The translations under genes were made by a program, and so were the position numbers. From the NCBI GenBank assembly GCA_965223265.1, contig OZ244999.1, positions 8,896,001-8,960,000 of the forward strand: a DNA stretch of 64,000 nt. The letters are read 5' to 3'. Of this stretch, positions 40,301-50,092 are shown in pieces. Origin of the DNA: Planctomycetota bacterium (GTDB lineage: Bacteria > Planctomycetota > UBA8108 > SXIK01). The notes under the pieces were generated by a model. It was given only the letters and a program-made list of their open reading frames with translations. It was not told the origin of the DNA and made no database searches. Numbering within the stretch: the first letter of the stretch is position 1; each line of letters opens with the position of its first letter.

Positions 40301-42188
40301 GTCGAGGCAGGAGTCGTCCGCCGGCGTTGACCGAGGTTACCGCACGTCGGCGGATGTCGACGCGCGCGATGCGACCGACTTGCCCACTACCATCGTCGCG
40401 GCGCCACTCTTTTTCGGCGACGTAGACGTGGTGCGGGCGCAGAGGGTCGATCGCGAGGCCTCGAGGAGACTTGAGATTGCGGAGCCGCGGCACCACCAGG
40501 ACGTCTCTCACCTCAGTCGTGCCGCCCGCCTCTCCGTCGCCACTGTCGGACGTATCAAAGACGAGCTGAACGAGCGAGTTGCCGACGGTCGCGATTGCGG
40601 TGTCGGTCCCGAACCACTCAAGCGCGTGCATCTCGCCGGAGACATCTGCACCTGACGTCGGCCGATAGAAGATCCTTTTGCCGCTTGCGAGTTGAACGCG
40701 AACGATCCACCAAAGATTGTTCGCTGTCACGCCAACCAGTGCCTCGCTGCGCTCGGCATCGAGCGCGAACGAGGTTGCCTGTCCGAAATCCGAGGCAACG
40801 ACGACGGCGGGCGAATCGCCGCCGAACTCGAGCCGTTGGAGGCGCCATCGCCCTGGATTGGGGTGGTCGATCACGAGGCCCGTGGGGCATTCTCCCAAGG
40901 CCAGTGCTGCAACCGGTTCGCTTAGCGGCGTCAGAGACGGAATCTCTCGGATCGTCTCCAGGTCGCGAATCAGGGCAATCTCGACTTCCGCGAACGTGTG
41001 AGAGAGAAGCTGCGAAGCTGTCGAGGTCAGCTCGGGCAGCCGGAGCTGGAGACGTTCAGGATCCTCCTCGGCGCTGAGAGGAATCGCCTCCCCGGAAAGA
41101 ACGATCGGTCTTTCCGAAGCGATCTGCAAGCGGCGCCGTTCGACAGCATCTTCGAGGCGTGTCTCGAGCTCCGCGCGCTGGGTCGGCAGCTCTGGGAAGT
41201 CGCTCTGGTCTTCACGCCGCCACTGAAAAACGACGCGGACAGCGTCGCGGTCGTCGTCGGCGTCTTCGATTTCGAACGGGACTGGGATGCCGCCGCGAAC
41301 ATCGGGATTGAGCACGAAGGAGCCGCTGCCAATCGTCGCAACGGGCACACTGTCGTTGTCGACACGAAACGGCGCGGACAGCGCCACGTCTCCCACAGAC
41401 CCAGTGCAATCTTCGGCTGCGATACCGACGACAACCTCTGTCAGATCGGTCTTTCCGAGCGTCGGCTCGGAGTTCCACGTGAGGTCATGAGCGCCCGGCA
41501 AGACACCCGACGTCGAGCCAGCGAGGAGATCGTCCTCAACCTCGGAAGGTTCGAGGAACGTCGCTCCGTTGTCTGTAGACACGGAAAAGCGGATGAGTGT
41601 CACCTCGTCGTCGCTGCTGTCATCGATCTCAAACCGAATGACCACTGCCTGTTCTTGCGTCTCTCCACCGACGATACGGACGTTGCGAACTTCCGGAGGA
41701 TCGTTGCCAACGAGAGACTCGAGGATGATCGCCGAGATGCCCGCTACACCGTCAGAGAACGGGGTTGCCGTCAGCGTCACACGATGAAGCCCGACGAATC
41801 CGTCGGCGGCTGCGTTCCAAATGACCGTGTGCTGCGTACCATCCGGGCAGCCACCAAACGTCGCCTCTGACGAGTCGATGAATCCTTCGATGACGTCGGA
41901 GGTGGGCGAGCCGACACGTTCTGCACGAAAGTTGAGTTCGACCTCGGTTGGCTCATCGCTCGACGCGATCACACAATAGCGAATCACGACGCGTTCAAGG
42001 TCGACCGGTCGTCCGAGGCAACCTGGCTCGAGCGACAGATTCGTAATCACGGGAGGCGACTGCGGCGAACTGCTGCCATCGTCGGTTGCCGCGAGGATGC
42101 CGAGCACGGCACCGATCGTGACACCATAGCAGCCGCTGAAACATAGAAGTGTGATCACTCCCACGGATGCGAAAATCCGCGCAGCCAT
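37365..42188 (-). CDS. Large FG-GAP/VCBS repeat protein, probable lipoprotein
   Basis: SD GGAAGGA before MAARIF; lipobox-like CFSGC; many DxDxDGxxD repeats (ADVDGDGDTD, GDLNGDGHLD, ADFNGDGRID) in the C-terminal half. Confidence 0.85.
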   Translation of the reverse strand: MAARIFASVGVITLLCFSGCYGVTIGAVLGILAATDDGSSSPQSPPVITNLSLEPGCLGRPVDLERVVIRYCVIASSDEPTEVELNFRAERVGSPTSDVIEGFIDSSEATFGGCPDGTQHTVIWNAAADGFVGLHRVTLTATPFSDGVAGISAIILESLVGNDPPEVRNVRIVGGETQEQAVVIRFEIDDSSDDEVTLIRFSVSTDNGATFLEPSEVEDDLLAGSTSGVLPGAHDLTWNSEPTLGKTDLTEVVVGIAAEDCTGSVGDVALSAPFRVDNDSVPVATIGSGSFVLNPDVRGGIPVPFEIEDADDDRDAVRVVFQWRREDQSDFPELPTQRAELETRLEDAVERRRLQIASERPIVLSGEAIPLSAEEDPERLQLRLPELTSTASQLLSHTFAEVEIALIRDLETIREIPSLTPLSEPVAALALGECPTGLVIDHPNPGRWRLQRLEFGGDSPAVVVASDFGQATSFALDAERSEALVGVTANNLWWIVRVQLASGKRIFYRPTSGADVSGEMHALEWFGTDTAIATVGNSLVQLVFDTSDSGDGEAGGTTEVRDVLVVPRLRNLKSPRGLAIDPLRPHHVYVAEKEWRRDDGSGQVGRIARVDIRRRAVTSVNAGGRLLPRPSSIALEGNGARLLVVTDADADDALELCAVELASDRATSFEIFSGLPAKTRVTTGPADLRLLTTPESTQLLASGGIGQRRRITNFDGATQIVTLDRPVPTLFQPTPTGVPLGRWQIELRSELVRPAPLAFGVFVWDSSDVAGGGEVLIRATPYDRERGRSGESDVPRGVAPALDVLPQRFSSLTPSKVALADVDGDGDTDIVAANESTRDLAIYLQSSPRRYGLAGGSDCDREPDMTLGGCQRSETCPDACDAIDEPSSLVAHDLDDNGHVDLIVSDRSSHQISIFFQDADGEIGTPRTCGDPGPQLRLGSAASTNGPEFVTAGDLNGDGHLDVIVASTDFNAVAIFLQHGPRDFGRPASVGGNNQPDLVIDEAVLDSGLLRAPVALTITDLDDNGLLDIATANEDSDNVALFFQERSAVDGSLRFSGRELATPELVGPVFVVSADFNGDGRIDLATANGRSENIGIFLQSDTGVFGRPVGETTRPDLVFDATGGQEVRPSMLAASDIDLDGGIDLVVGLVGGRLSVFSQEDLTTALSIPAFEVSPRIILGQSEIGARATAALSDIDGDGLPDIAATTFRGVEVYHQTSRRSTGTPACDGDLGAPLDDTKIGSVPTVGEPESFAVADLDADGDLDVVVAANAFAGASLFLQASPGEFLQRDALPEGSGVESPFQPPVAGRAVIAHDVDANGRIDLILADSARDELSVLFQESATVGDLGALQRHALAGVEHATSLAVGDLNRDNLADVFAASPTADEVAIFVQTAPRVFAPAEFYNAGDVTDGIVDLETADVNRDGRLDVVVVSFSGDHVAVLLGETPDASSRFTPILIQDSAATQRPTSVSVADLDLDGRPDIAVASRDEGTLAVFSQRDTATFERSFFTELSGVGPVKVVARDLDLDGQPDLTTANVFVPANNLTVFLGRRPGRFPRRADLSVGGGEAVGGGPRGLEILDLDGDGDRDIIGLYTRRGEIQVFYGAR

Positions 42189-42533
42189 TCTTCCTTCCCG
42201 GGATCGGACCCAATCCGTCGACGTAGTGGGGCCGCCGCGGTGGCGGGAGCTACGAGCGACGCGAGTCGCGTGACACCTGTGAGTCAAACCCTGCCAACGA
42301 CAACTCCTCGCCTGACGATGATAGCGTCCGCGCATCGCGAGCGCATCGAGTCCGGTGTGAGGATTCTCGCCGGTAGCACGGTCGCCGTTTTGAATCGACG
42401 ATCTGCGCCGGATGTTCGTCTCGCATCAGCTGAGTGTTCGCCCGAGTGATCCCATCGATCGTTCGCGATGTCGCTCGCTGTGTGGCGCCTCTATTGCTTG
42501 TCGGTGGTGCTAACCCTGGGTTACTCTGAGCAT

Positions 42534-43106
42534 ATGAGCGTTTTGGACCTAGTCGAAGAGATCCGGAGTGGTGCACGATCTCGAGAGGCGCAAGAGGAGC
42601 TCTACCCACTTGTGCGTGAGGCGCTGCTGTCGCGGATCGAACGGCGATTGCAGTCGCGCCTGCGTTCGCGCGTCGACGCCGAGGATGTTCTACATGAGTC
42701 ATTCGTTCGAGCTATGGCCGCTCTCGATCTTTTTGAGCCACGGAGCGAGCAGGCATTCTTCGCGTGGGTGTTCACGATCGCGAAAAACCTCATGCTCGAT
42801 CAATCCAAGCGGCGTTCGGTGGGCGCGGTTCACCTCGTCGGCGGATCGCAGCAAGCCGGTCCGCGGCTTTCCCAAGTGCAAGGACGGGAGCGACGTGCCG
42901 AGAGCATGTTGCAGGGGACCGACGCGGTCGCTTCGCTACTGAAGCGACTCAAAGAGAGCGAAGCAGAGATCATTCGCTTGCGAAAGATGGAAGGGCTCAG
43001 CTTTGAGGAAATCGCTGAGCGCTACGGGAAGACACCGCAGGCGGTGCAGAGGTCTTTTTCCCGGGCGTGGACGAAGCTGTGTGAGTTGGTTGACGAAGGA
43101 CCGTGA
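42534..43106 (+). CDS. ECF sigma-70 factor, planctomycete-type
   Basis: LQSRLRSRVDAEDVLHE, FFAWVFTIAKNLMLD, IIRLRKMEGLSFEEIAERYGKTPQAV. Confidence 0.88.
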   Translation: MSVLDLVEEIRSGARSREAQEELYPLVREALLSRIERRLQSRLRSRVDAEDVLHESFVRAMAALDLFEPRSEQAFFAWVFTIAKNLMLDQSKRRSVGAVHLVGGSQQAGPRLSQVQGRERRAESMLQGTDAVASLLKRLKESEAEIIRLRKMEGLSFEEIAERYGKTPQAVQRSFSRAWTKLCELVDEGP

Positions 43107-43261
43107 CCGCAGCAACAGATGGCCGTGTCCTTCGAGTTAGTGAAGGCCGGACTTGCTGATGGTCGGTTGCAGCGGTGAGTCGAGCGGAAGGAGAGATCGT
43201 GAGTCGAGACGGGACGCGATCTGGCGGTGGGCTGCCGGCCGCCGGTGAAAGCGAGCGCGAA

Positions 43262-43450
43262 ATGAGCATGACGCGTTACTGCATCGTCTGCGGCAGAAAC
43301 CTCGGCACCGAAGACGCGTGTCGCGCCCACTACGAGCCTGTGCCTAATTTTTTCCGGAGTGTTCCCGGGCCGCGTCGCGACGCCGCGCAGCGCTCTGTCG
43401 AACGTGCGACCGACGCCGAGATCGACGCCCGCGGCGATGAACGTCATTGA
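43262..43450 (+). CDS. Possible small zinc-finger protein
   Basis: MSMTRYCIVCGRNLGTEDACRAH (CxxC-x9-CxxH) in the gap after the ECF gene; weak SD. Confidence 0.3.
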   Translation: MSMTRYCIVCGRNLGTEDACRAHYEPVPNFFRSVPGPRRDAAQRSVERATDAEIDARGDERH

Positions 43451-44562
43451 CTGACGAAGGATGGCGGTGGCATGGCGCGATCGGCGTACGCCGCCACGCG
43501 TCCAGGCTCCCGAAAGATCGTCCATCGCCCCGTGGTTTCTTCGAGCGTGGCGTGGATACGGATGAAGCCAGCGAAGTCGCGCGGCAGCGGAATCCTGTAG
43601 TAGCGATCGAAGTCGCCAGCGCCGACGCTGAGTCCACGCTGCGAAAAGAAGAGCCTCATCTCCTGAGTCGCGGCGTCGTGGATCTCGAAAAGCTCGACGT
43701 CTTCGGGGGGTAGGGAGACGACCTCGTGGCCAGCCGCATCGAGAACCAGCTTTCGGACACGGTCGCGCGAGACGATGAGAAGTTCGTCGCCTTCTGCGTC
43801 GTAGCCAAGAAAGCTGTGAAGCTCACGGTGGTGTAGCGCCGGCAGCTTGCCGAGAATCCTTGGTGGAGCTTCCGTGGCGAAGAAGTCGACTGCCTTGCGC
43901 CCGAGGCTAATGCCTGCACGCTTCGGATCGCCTGATCCCCACCATGGCGGCAGCAGAGTATTCAGAAGCCAACCTTTCATTCCTGACCGCTCCAGAAGGT
44001 TGAGATCGAGACCTTTCACAAGCAGGTCTTCGTGGAAGAGGTTTTTTCGCTGCTCGCTCTCAGCCGTCTCGAGTCCCGTCGTCGATTGACCGATGCGCAT
44101 AGTCAAGATGACGTTTGATTCAGGGAACTCGCGGTCGGCGATGAGCCAGGATAGATGGCCCGCAGTCAGCCAAACGATCGTCGAGAACACCGCCGAACCG
44201 AACTGCGGGCGACTTGGGCCAAAGTCGCGGCCGCTGATCTCAAAGTCGACCCGAAGATCGGCTGGTGGATCATCGGTTGTCGTCACCGAGGTGAAAATCT
44301 CAGCACGGTCGAGTGCAATCGCTAGCCTTTGTCTGAAGCCAGCCTGGTTGCCGAAATCTGCAGGCGTCACTGCCGCGGCTGCATCGGTTGCTTCGGAAAC
44401 GCTGGCATCAGCGTCGCCGGCTGCGACCCATGTCACGTCACCAACATAGACGACGAAAGGCAATGGTGTCTCTTGATCTGCGTGCTGTCGCTGCGCGCAC
44501 GAAGCCCCTAGCAGGATCACCATGAGAGAGAAGAGATAGAAGCCTTTGCACATAGCCTCCAT
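43444..44562 (-). CDS. Hypothetical lipoprotein
   Basis: Lipobox-like ILLGASC after hydrophobic stretch; co-oriented with and downstream of the kinase gene. Confidence 0.65.
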   Translation of the reverse strand: MEAMCKGFYLFSLMVILLGASCAQRQHADQETPLPFVVYVGDVTWVAAGDADASVSEATDAAAAVTPADFGNQAGFRQRLAIALDRAEIFTSVTTTDDPPADLRVDFEISGRDFGPSRPQFGSAVFSTIVWLTAGHLSWLIADREFPESNVILTMRIGQSTTGLETAESEQRKNLFHEDLLVKGLDLNLLERSGMKGWLLNTLLPPWWGSGDPKRAGISLGRKAVDFFATEAPPRILGKLPALHHRELHSFLGYDAEGDELLIVSRDRVRKLVLDAAGHEVVSLPPEDVELFEIHDAATQEMRLFFSQRGLSVGAGDFDRYYRIPLPRDFAGFIRIHATLEETTGRWTIFREPGRVAAYADRAMPPPSFVSQ

Positions 44563-44645
44563 CTTTCCGGACGACTTCCTGCACAGCTACATTCTTTTCG
44601 TCGTCGCGTCTTGAGTCGGTCGTCGCGCCATGAGGTGCCGGTCGA

Positions 44646-47600
44646 CTACCTTGCGGCGTCGATAAAGGACGCTGAAGCTTGGTCGAGATCTATCACAACC
44701 CTAAAACCCGTGTCGGCGAAGCGGATGGCGTCGCGAGGTGTCTCGCGCAGGTCACACTGCTCGTACGGCGTGTCGAAGCTGCCGCCAACCGCGCGGTACT
44801 CGTCTTGATACCTCACGAGCTCCCTCACGTTGCCCACTTGATGAAGGATCGTAAGCGCTCTGTTCGTCTCGGCGAGTTGGGGCGGGAACGGGTCCAGATC
44901 GCTCTCCACCAGATGCCAATGTCGACGTCTTTCCCGCCAGAGCACAAAATCGAGGCGCGAGCTCCAGAGCTCCGAGTCTGGGCATTCCTTAGACCTACAA
45001 AATGAGTTTACCCATCTCTCGCCGGCTGCTTCGTCTGGCCAAGGGAAACGGGCGTTCGGGTTACCCAGCTGTGCTGCGCTGAGCCACTCTTCCCACGTCG
45101 GGAGCCGTGCGCCATAGGCGATGCGTGCATAGGCTTCCGCTTCCTTCCAGCCAATGCCGGTGACCGGAAAACGCTCACCGGAAACCCGGCGACCGCCGCG
45201 CCAATACTCCGGCCAGTGATCGCCAGACTCTTTCGTTTCGGTCCAGTATTTCGGACGTTCGTATGCACGGCGTAGAGTCGCGTCGCGGTACGACCCACGG
45301 TCGAACAACTTCGGGTGCATGAACTGACCGTTCGTCACCTCCGTGCGTGAGATGTAGAAGTTTCGATCGCCGACCGTACAAAGAATCCATGTCATGTCGC
45401 GCCATTCGACACGCGCTTTCCAGCGCTCCGATCGCTCGAACGTGAACTTCCGCGCCGAACGATCTCTACGCCCTAATTTGTCGGCAACGAAAAAAATCAA
45501 GACTCCCTTGCAGCGATTCGGCAGCTGTGAAAGCTCCACGGCGATGGTCATTGATTTAGGTGCTACTTTTCGGTCGTCCTCAGGATCTTCGTCGACGCGG
45601 CGCCAGGCGAGAGGGAGTTGCGTCCGATCGTTGACGAGTCTGTAATTGATCCGCAGAGCCTGTGGATCAACACCGTTTTCATCGGTGAGCGTGAGGGGTA
45701 ACTCATCGCTCTCCCCCAGCTGCAGAATGCCACCTTCCTCCCGTGCGCTCACTGTTGTCTTCGGTGCCGAGGGATTGATTGAGAGCGCCACTGACGTTTC
45801 ACCAACATGCCCTGCCTGGTCCACCGCCTCAAAGCGTACTTCGAAGTCACCTTCACTCAGTTTGAAGGCTTCTAGCGTTTCGAGTCGGAAATGTGTTGAG
45901 TCTGCGTTGGCACTCTTCAGTTTCGAGCTGTTGTTGTTGCAAACGGCGGTGAGGTTGGTCAGAGGTTCGCTAGAGGTCACCGCAAGCGATACGTCGCGGC
46001 CCGAGTGCGTATCGTGAAACAACGGATTCGTTTCACGACCGGAAGACAGTTCGGGCGTCAGTGTTGGCGCTTGCGTGTCCGCTTCGACGACGATCTGGCG
46101 AGCGAAAATCCTCTCGAGCTTGTCCTCGAAGCGCATGACGACGGGGACTGGAACGTCAAGCGGTAGTTCTATGTCGCGAAAGACTACGGCGTTTGGTGTT
46201 ACGGTGACACGGTCTGTATGACTGCACGCGGCACTGACGATTCGTCCCGCTGTGCAGAAGACTTTCAGTTCGTCGAGCTGAAGGCGGCCACGCTGCGATC
46301 TGGCCGTGCGGATCTTCTTGACCTTCGATGCCGCGATCTCAAGCGGGGCGAGGAAGTCCGTAGTGATGCTAGCTAAATCGATCTCCGGGTCGCTGACAGT
46401 GATGGTCAAAACGTCGTCATCGTCGAACGGTTCTGCAGCATCGTCGGTCAGTTTCGCTTCCGTGCGTATTTCGTTCGGTGCGGCCTGAGCGGTGTCTCGG
46501 GCATGGATGGTCCACGCGGACAGCTGCGGGTCGACCACGTCGATCGCCAACAAAAACGTGACGTCGGGTCGAATCTGATTCAACTCCAACGGCCGCAACG
46601 ACGTTTCGAGTGAGGCATGCAGTTCGAATGGCGACCACGCGCCGACGTTGGGGAAAATCTTGAACGGGACCCGCTCGCGGCGCGATCGTACCTCCAGAGA
46701 AGAGAGCTTTTCATTCGCACGCATCTGAAAAAAAGCTTTGCCGGCGACCACGATTGGGTCCTGTGGAAGGATCGTAAAGCCACACTCTTCGTCCACTAAG
46801 ATTCGAATCGCGGCGTGTCCGTTTGATCCGACATTGCGCGCTCGGTCTGTAGCTTCGACATAGATCTCATATTCTCCCGGCGACAGGGCTTGAAGAGGAA
46901 ACTTCCACATGTCGCCGTCGTGGCGAGAACCTGCCACAAGCATCGATCGACGGTCGTTTCTATGCACCGGTTGGACGTGAAGCTGAGCCTCGTGCAGCCG
47001 CGCGTCACGGATCGAGACCAAAAGCGCGGCGTCGCGTCGCAGGCGCATTTTCGAACGAACGTCAAGGGGCTCTCCGGAAGCGACAGCGAGTCGAATTCGC
47101 TCGCTGACGCGCGGTGGCTTCGCGTCTACGGCAATCGACAGGTCACCGCTAAGAATCAGTTCATTGAGAAAGCTCCGGGCGCGCCCCTCGATTTGAAGCT
47201 CGCGATCGATGAGAGAGGGGAGCTCGCCGGTAGCAGCGTCGAACGTCACGCGAACGTGTTCGCCATCAGCTTCGACGCGTGCGGCCGAATGACTTGTCGA
47301 CCACTTGGCATCGGCGGCCGATGGGTCTAGAGCAGCTTGCAGTTCAACCCGAGCCAGGCTCTTGGCGTCGGCAATGTAGATGGTTCGATCGTGAAGACGC
47401 TCTCCGTTCAGATGCCATGCGATGGGAGTTTCCGTCAGCGTGAAGAGCGCATTCCACGTTAGAATTCCCACCGCGATCAGAGCGGCTGCCGCGGCGATCC
47501 ATATCCAACGCGGCAGAGGCGGTCTGAGACGATTGATGAGTGCCTCCGCGCTCTGTACCCGTGCTGTCGGGTTTTTTTCGAGGCACAGCATTACCGTCGC

Positions 47601-48725
47601 AGCGAGCCACGTCGGAACTTCCTTGCGGAGTTCACGGATTGGCTGGGGCGTCTTCGTCTTGTGACAGTCCGCCCAGTATCGCAGGCGGTTCTCCGTAGGT
47701 GGGGGATCCTTCCAAGGACGCCGACCCGTCAACATTTGGTAGGCGGTGACACCGAACGAATAGAGGTCGGCTTCGTAGCCGCTCTTCCCGTCAAAAGCTT
47801 CCGGTGCCATGTACTCAGGCGTTCCGGAGCCTTCCACCACTGACGTGCCGACGCCAGAAGCGTCAGGGGCGTCGAACGCGGGTTGGTTTCCCAGCGGCTG
47901 CGCTTGACGCTTCGCCTCCGTCTTCATCGCCAAGCCGAAGTCGAGCACCTTGATGCGTTCGGCTGAGGCGAGCTGCTCATCTTTGAGCACCATGATATTG
48001 AGTGGTTTCAGATCACGGTGGACTCGGCGATTCGCGTGCGTCGCAGAAAGCGCACGCGCGATTCCCTGGAGGTAGCCGATGCATTCCCGAAGAGGCAGTC
48101 TGCCACGTCCGTCGCGGATGACGTCGTCGAGATTGTCGCCTCGCACGTATTCCATGAAAAAATAGGGCCATGGCTCTTGTCGCACGTTGTGAACGCGAAC
48201 GATGTTCCAGCAGCTCTGACCGATCGACTCGGTCAACCGCGCTTCCTCGACGAACACCTTGATGAATCGCGGCTGTGCGTAACCGACGCTCGGTCTGAGC
48301 ACCTTGACGACCGACTTCATCGACGGCTGTGTGACGTTGGCAGCGAGATAGACGAGTCCAAAACCGCCTTGGGAGATGAGCGACTCGAGGCGATAGCCAT
48401 CGAGTTCACGTCCGATGAGTTTTGCGAGTCTTTGGCCACACCACGGACAGAAATTCGGCACGAACTTCATACCGTGGTGGAGTTGGGCGTCGACCAAGCG
48501 CTCACACGTTCGACATTCGAACAGCTCGTCGCCGATTGCGAGGCTTGCTCCGCTGGTCAAACTGCCGAATGATACGTCGTCGTCCCAGCCGGCTGACTCG
48601 ACCTCTCCAAACTCCCACGTGCATTCGTGTCCGTTGGGGCAGCGTGTGGCGCCGGCTTCAACGTGCGCACCGCAGTAGGGGCAGTTTCGGCGCCCCTGTG
48701 TCGACATGTCACTCGTGTTTTCCAT
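44646..48725 (-). CDS. Hanks-type Ser/Thr kinase with N-terminal zinc ribbons, TM helix, Ig-like repeats and C-terminal FGE/SUMF1-like domain
   Basis: CPYC/CPNGH and CRTC/CPWC; GGFGLVY, HRDLKPLN, DFG, GTPEYMAPE, DLYSFG; TM WIWIAAAAALIAVGIL; TEVTNGQF, RLPTWEEW, GNVRE, GGSF, GFRV. Alternative start 48707. Confidence 0.88.
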   Translation of the reverse strand: MENTSDMSTQGRRNCPYCGAHVEAGATRCPNGHECTWEFGEVESAGWDDDVSFGSLTSGASLAIGDELFECRTCERLVDAQLHHGMKFVPNFCPWCGQRLAKLIGRELDGYRLESLISQGGFGLVYLAANVTQPSMKSVVKVLRPSVGYAQPRFIKVFVEEARLTESIGQSCWNIVRVHNVRQEPWPYFFMEYVRGDNLDDVIRDGRGRLPLRECIGYLQGIARALSATHANRRVHRDLKPLNIMVLKDEQLASAERIKVLDFGLAMKTEAKRQAQPLGNQPAFDAPDASGVGTSVVEGSGTPEYMAPEAFDGKSGYEADLYSFGVTAYQMLTGRRPWKDPPPTENRLRYWADCHKTKTPQPIRELRKEVPTWLAATVMLCLEKNPTARVQSAEALINRLRPPLPRWIWIAAAAALIAVGILTWNALFTLTETPIAWHLNGERLHDRTIYIADAKSLARVELQAALDPSAADAKWSTSHSAARVEADGEHVRVTFDAATGELPSLIDRELQIEGRARSFLNELILSGDLSIAVDAKPPRVSERIRLAVASGEPLDVRSKMRLRRDAALLVSIRDARLHEAQLHVQPVHRNDRRSMLVAGSRHDGDMWKFPLQALSPGEYEIYVEATDRARNVGSNGHAAIRILVDEECGFTILPQDPIVVAGKAFFQMRANEKLSSLEVRSRRERVPFKIFPNVGAWSPFELHASLETSLRPLELNQIRPDVTFLLAIDVVDPQLSAWTIHARDTAQAAPNEIRTEAKLTDDAAEPFDDDDVLTITVSDPEIDLASITTDFLAPLEIAASKVKKIRTARSQRGRLQLDELKVFCTAGRIVSAACSHTDRVTVTPNAVVFRDIELPLDVPVPVVMRFEDKLERIFARQIVVEADTQAPTLTPELSSGRETNPLFHDTHSGRDVSLAVTSSEPLTNLTAVCNNNSSKLKSANADSTHFRLETLEAFKLSEGDFEVRFEAVDQAGHVGETSVALSINPSAPKTTVSAREEGGILQLGESDELPLTLTDENGVDPQALRINYRLVNDRTQLPLAWRRVDEDPEDDRKVAPKSMTIAVELSQLPNRCKGVLIFFVADKLGRRDRSARKFTFERSERWKARVEWRDMTWILCTVGDRNFYISRTEVTNGQFMHPKLFDRGSYRDATLRRAYERPKYWTETKESGDHWPEYWRGGRRVSGERFPVTGIGWKEAEAYARIAYGARLPTWEEWLSAAQLGNPNARFPWPDEAAGERWVNSFCRSKECPDSELWSSRLDFVLWRERRRHWHLVESDLDPFPPQLAETNRALTILHQVGNVRELVRYQDEYRAVGGSFDTPYEQCDLRETPRDAIRFADTGFRVVIDLDQASASFIDAAR

Positions 48726-49029
48726 CGCCGTCGAGATTCGTGGGATCCTGGCTCCGCCTTGTGGACGCTCGCGCCTTCTCTTCCACGATACACCCAGCGC
48801 GGAGTTTGGCCATTTCGCCGGCCTGGGGACGAGTCTACCGGATATGAATAGAGCGCGACCACCTCGTAGATTTGCCGCCCTCGGTACGTCAACGATTGAA
48901 CTAGAAGCCTCCCACAGCCACCATACGAGAGGCGGCAGATATGGGCGAGCCGAGCACCGGCTGGCACTGCGAGGGATACGTGTGATTTTCGTACCGATCC
49001 GCGCGGCGACGTTGGAGCGAGCACTTGTT

Positions 49030-49824
49030 ATGGACAACCCTGAACTCATCGCCAGAGGTCGATTGCAAGGCAAGGCGACGCTAGTCACAGGCGCTGCATC
49101 TGGCATCGGACGCGCGACGGCACTTCTGTTCGCGAGAGAAGGCGCTAGGGTCGCTCTCGGAGACCTCGACAGCGTCGGCGCCGAGAAGGTGGCTTCCCGG
49201 ATGCGTCAGGATTCGCACGAGTGTCTGGTCCTCCCGCTCGATGTGACGTCCGAAGACTCCTGGGCCTCTGGCACCAAAACGATTCTAGATACGTGGACCA
49301 GTCTAGACGTCCTGATCAACTGCGCCGGGATCTGCGATGACGCTCCGCTGACTACGTTGACCGTGGCCCAGTGGCGACGGGTGCTGGCTGTCAATCTTGA
49401 TGGGACATTTCTGGGTACCGCCGCGGCGATCCGTGCCATGTCGCTACAAGGACAGGGCTCCATCGTCAACGTTTCATCCCTGTCAGGCGTTAAGGCTTGC
49501 GCTGGAGCTGCTGCCTATTGCGCGAGCAAGGCCGGCGTGATCCAGCTCTCCCGTGTCGCAGCTCTCGAGTGCGCAGACGCTGGTGACAACATTCGGGTGA
49601 ACTGCGTTGTTCCGGGCGGGGTCAAGACCCCAATGTGGAAAACCTCGTCAATGTGGCCGGAAATCGCCACAACCGAGGAGTGGAACGCGCCGCCAAGCGT
49701 GCCGCCGTTGAAACGCTTTGCCGATCCAGCGGAAGTTGCGCGTGCGATTCTCTTTTTGGCATCCGATGAATCGTCGTACATTTCGGGAGCCGCGCTGGCG
49801 GTGGATGGCGGCGCTTCAGCCTAA
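49030..49824 (+). CDS. Short-chain dehydrogenase/reductase (SDR)
   Basis: TGAASGIG, NCAG, NVSS, YCASK, IRVNCVVPG, VDGG. Confidence 0.93.
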   Translation: MDNPELIARGRLQGKATLVTGAASGIGRATALLFAREGARVALGDLDSVGAEKVASRMRQDSHECLVLPLDVTSEDSWASGTKTILDTWTSLDVLINCAGICDDAPLTTLTVAQWRRVLAVNLDGTFLGTAAAIRAMSLQGQGSIVNVSSLSGVKACAGAAAYCASKAGVIQLSRVAALECADAGDNIRVNCVVPGGVKTPMWKTSSMWPEIATTEEWNAPPSVPPLKRFADPAEVARAILFLASDESSYISGAALAVDGGASA

Positions 49825-49825
49825 G

Positions 49826-49921
49826 TTTCGCCAGTTCCTACTGCGAGCGCACGCGAACGTGTCGGCCGAGTGGTCACTGATCTGCACTGCGCACAACCTC
49901 TTGAAGTTGGCGAAGGTGTAG
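49826..49921 (+). mobile_element. C-terminal remnant of an IS1182-family-like transposase
   Basis: FRQFLLRAHANVSAEWSLICTAHNLLKL* resembles the (G)FRQFLLRG..KV..EW.L.C.AHNL.KL ending of IS1182-family transposases; the rest of the gene is absent. Confidence 0.65.
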
Positions 49922-49938
49922 GTCGCCTGTTGGGCCTC

Positions 49939-50010
49939 TCCGCAACCGGATCCGTGTCCGTGACCGATTCCGTATCCGAATCCGCCACCGAGACCGGTTC
50001 CGGGTCCGAA
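49939..50010. repeat. Degenerate hexamer tandem array (WCCGNN)x12
   Basis: tccgca accgga tccgtg tccgtg accgat tccgta tccgaa tccgcc accgag accggt tccggg tccgaa. Confidence 0.8.
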
Positions 50011-50092
50011 TTCGACGCGGCGCGCTGGTGGGCTAGCGCGGGCGCCGAACTCACGTCAAGCGACAGCGGCGATGTTTGCTGCACGCCGCGAT

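Noticed and set aside
48706-49106. Apparent 400-bp overlap of kinase and SDR ORFs
   Set aside because: Artefact of longest-ORF starts; plausible starts 48725 (-) and 49030 (+) leave a normal divergent gap.
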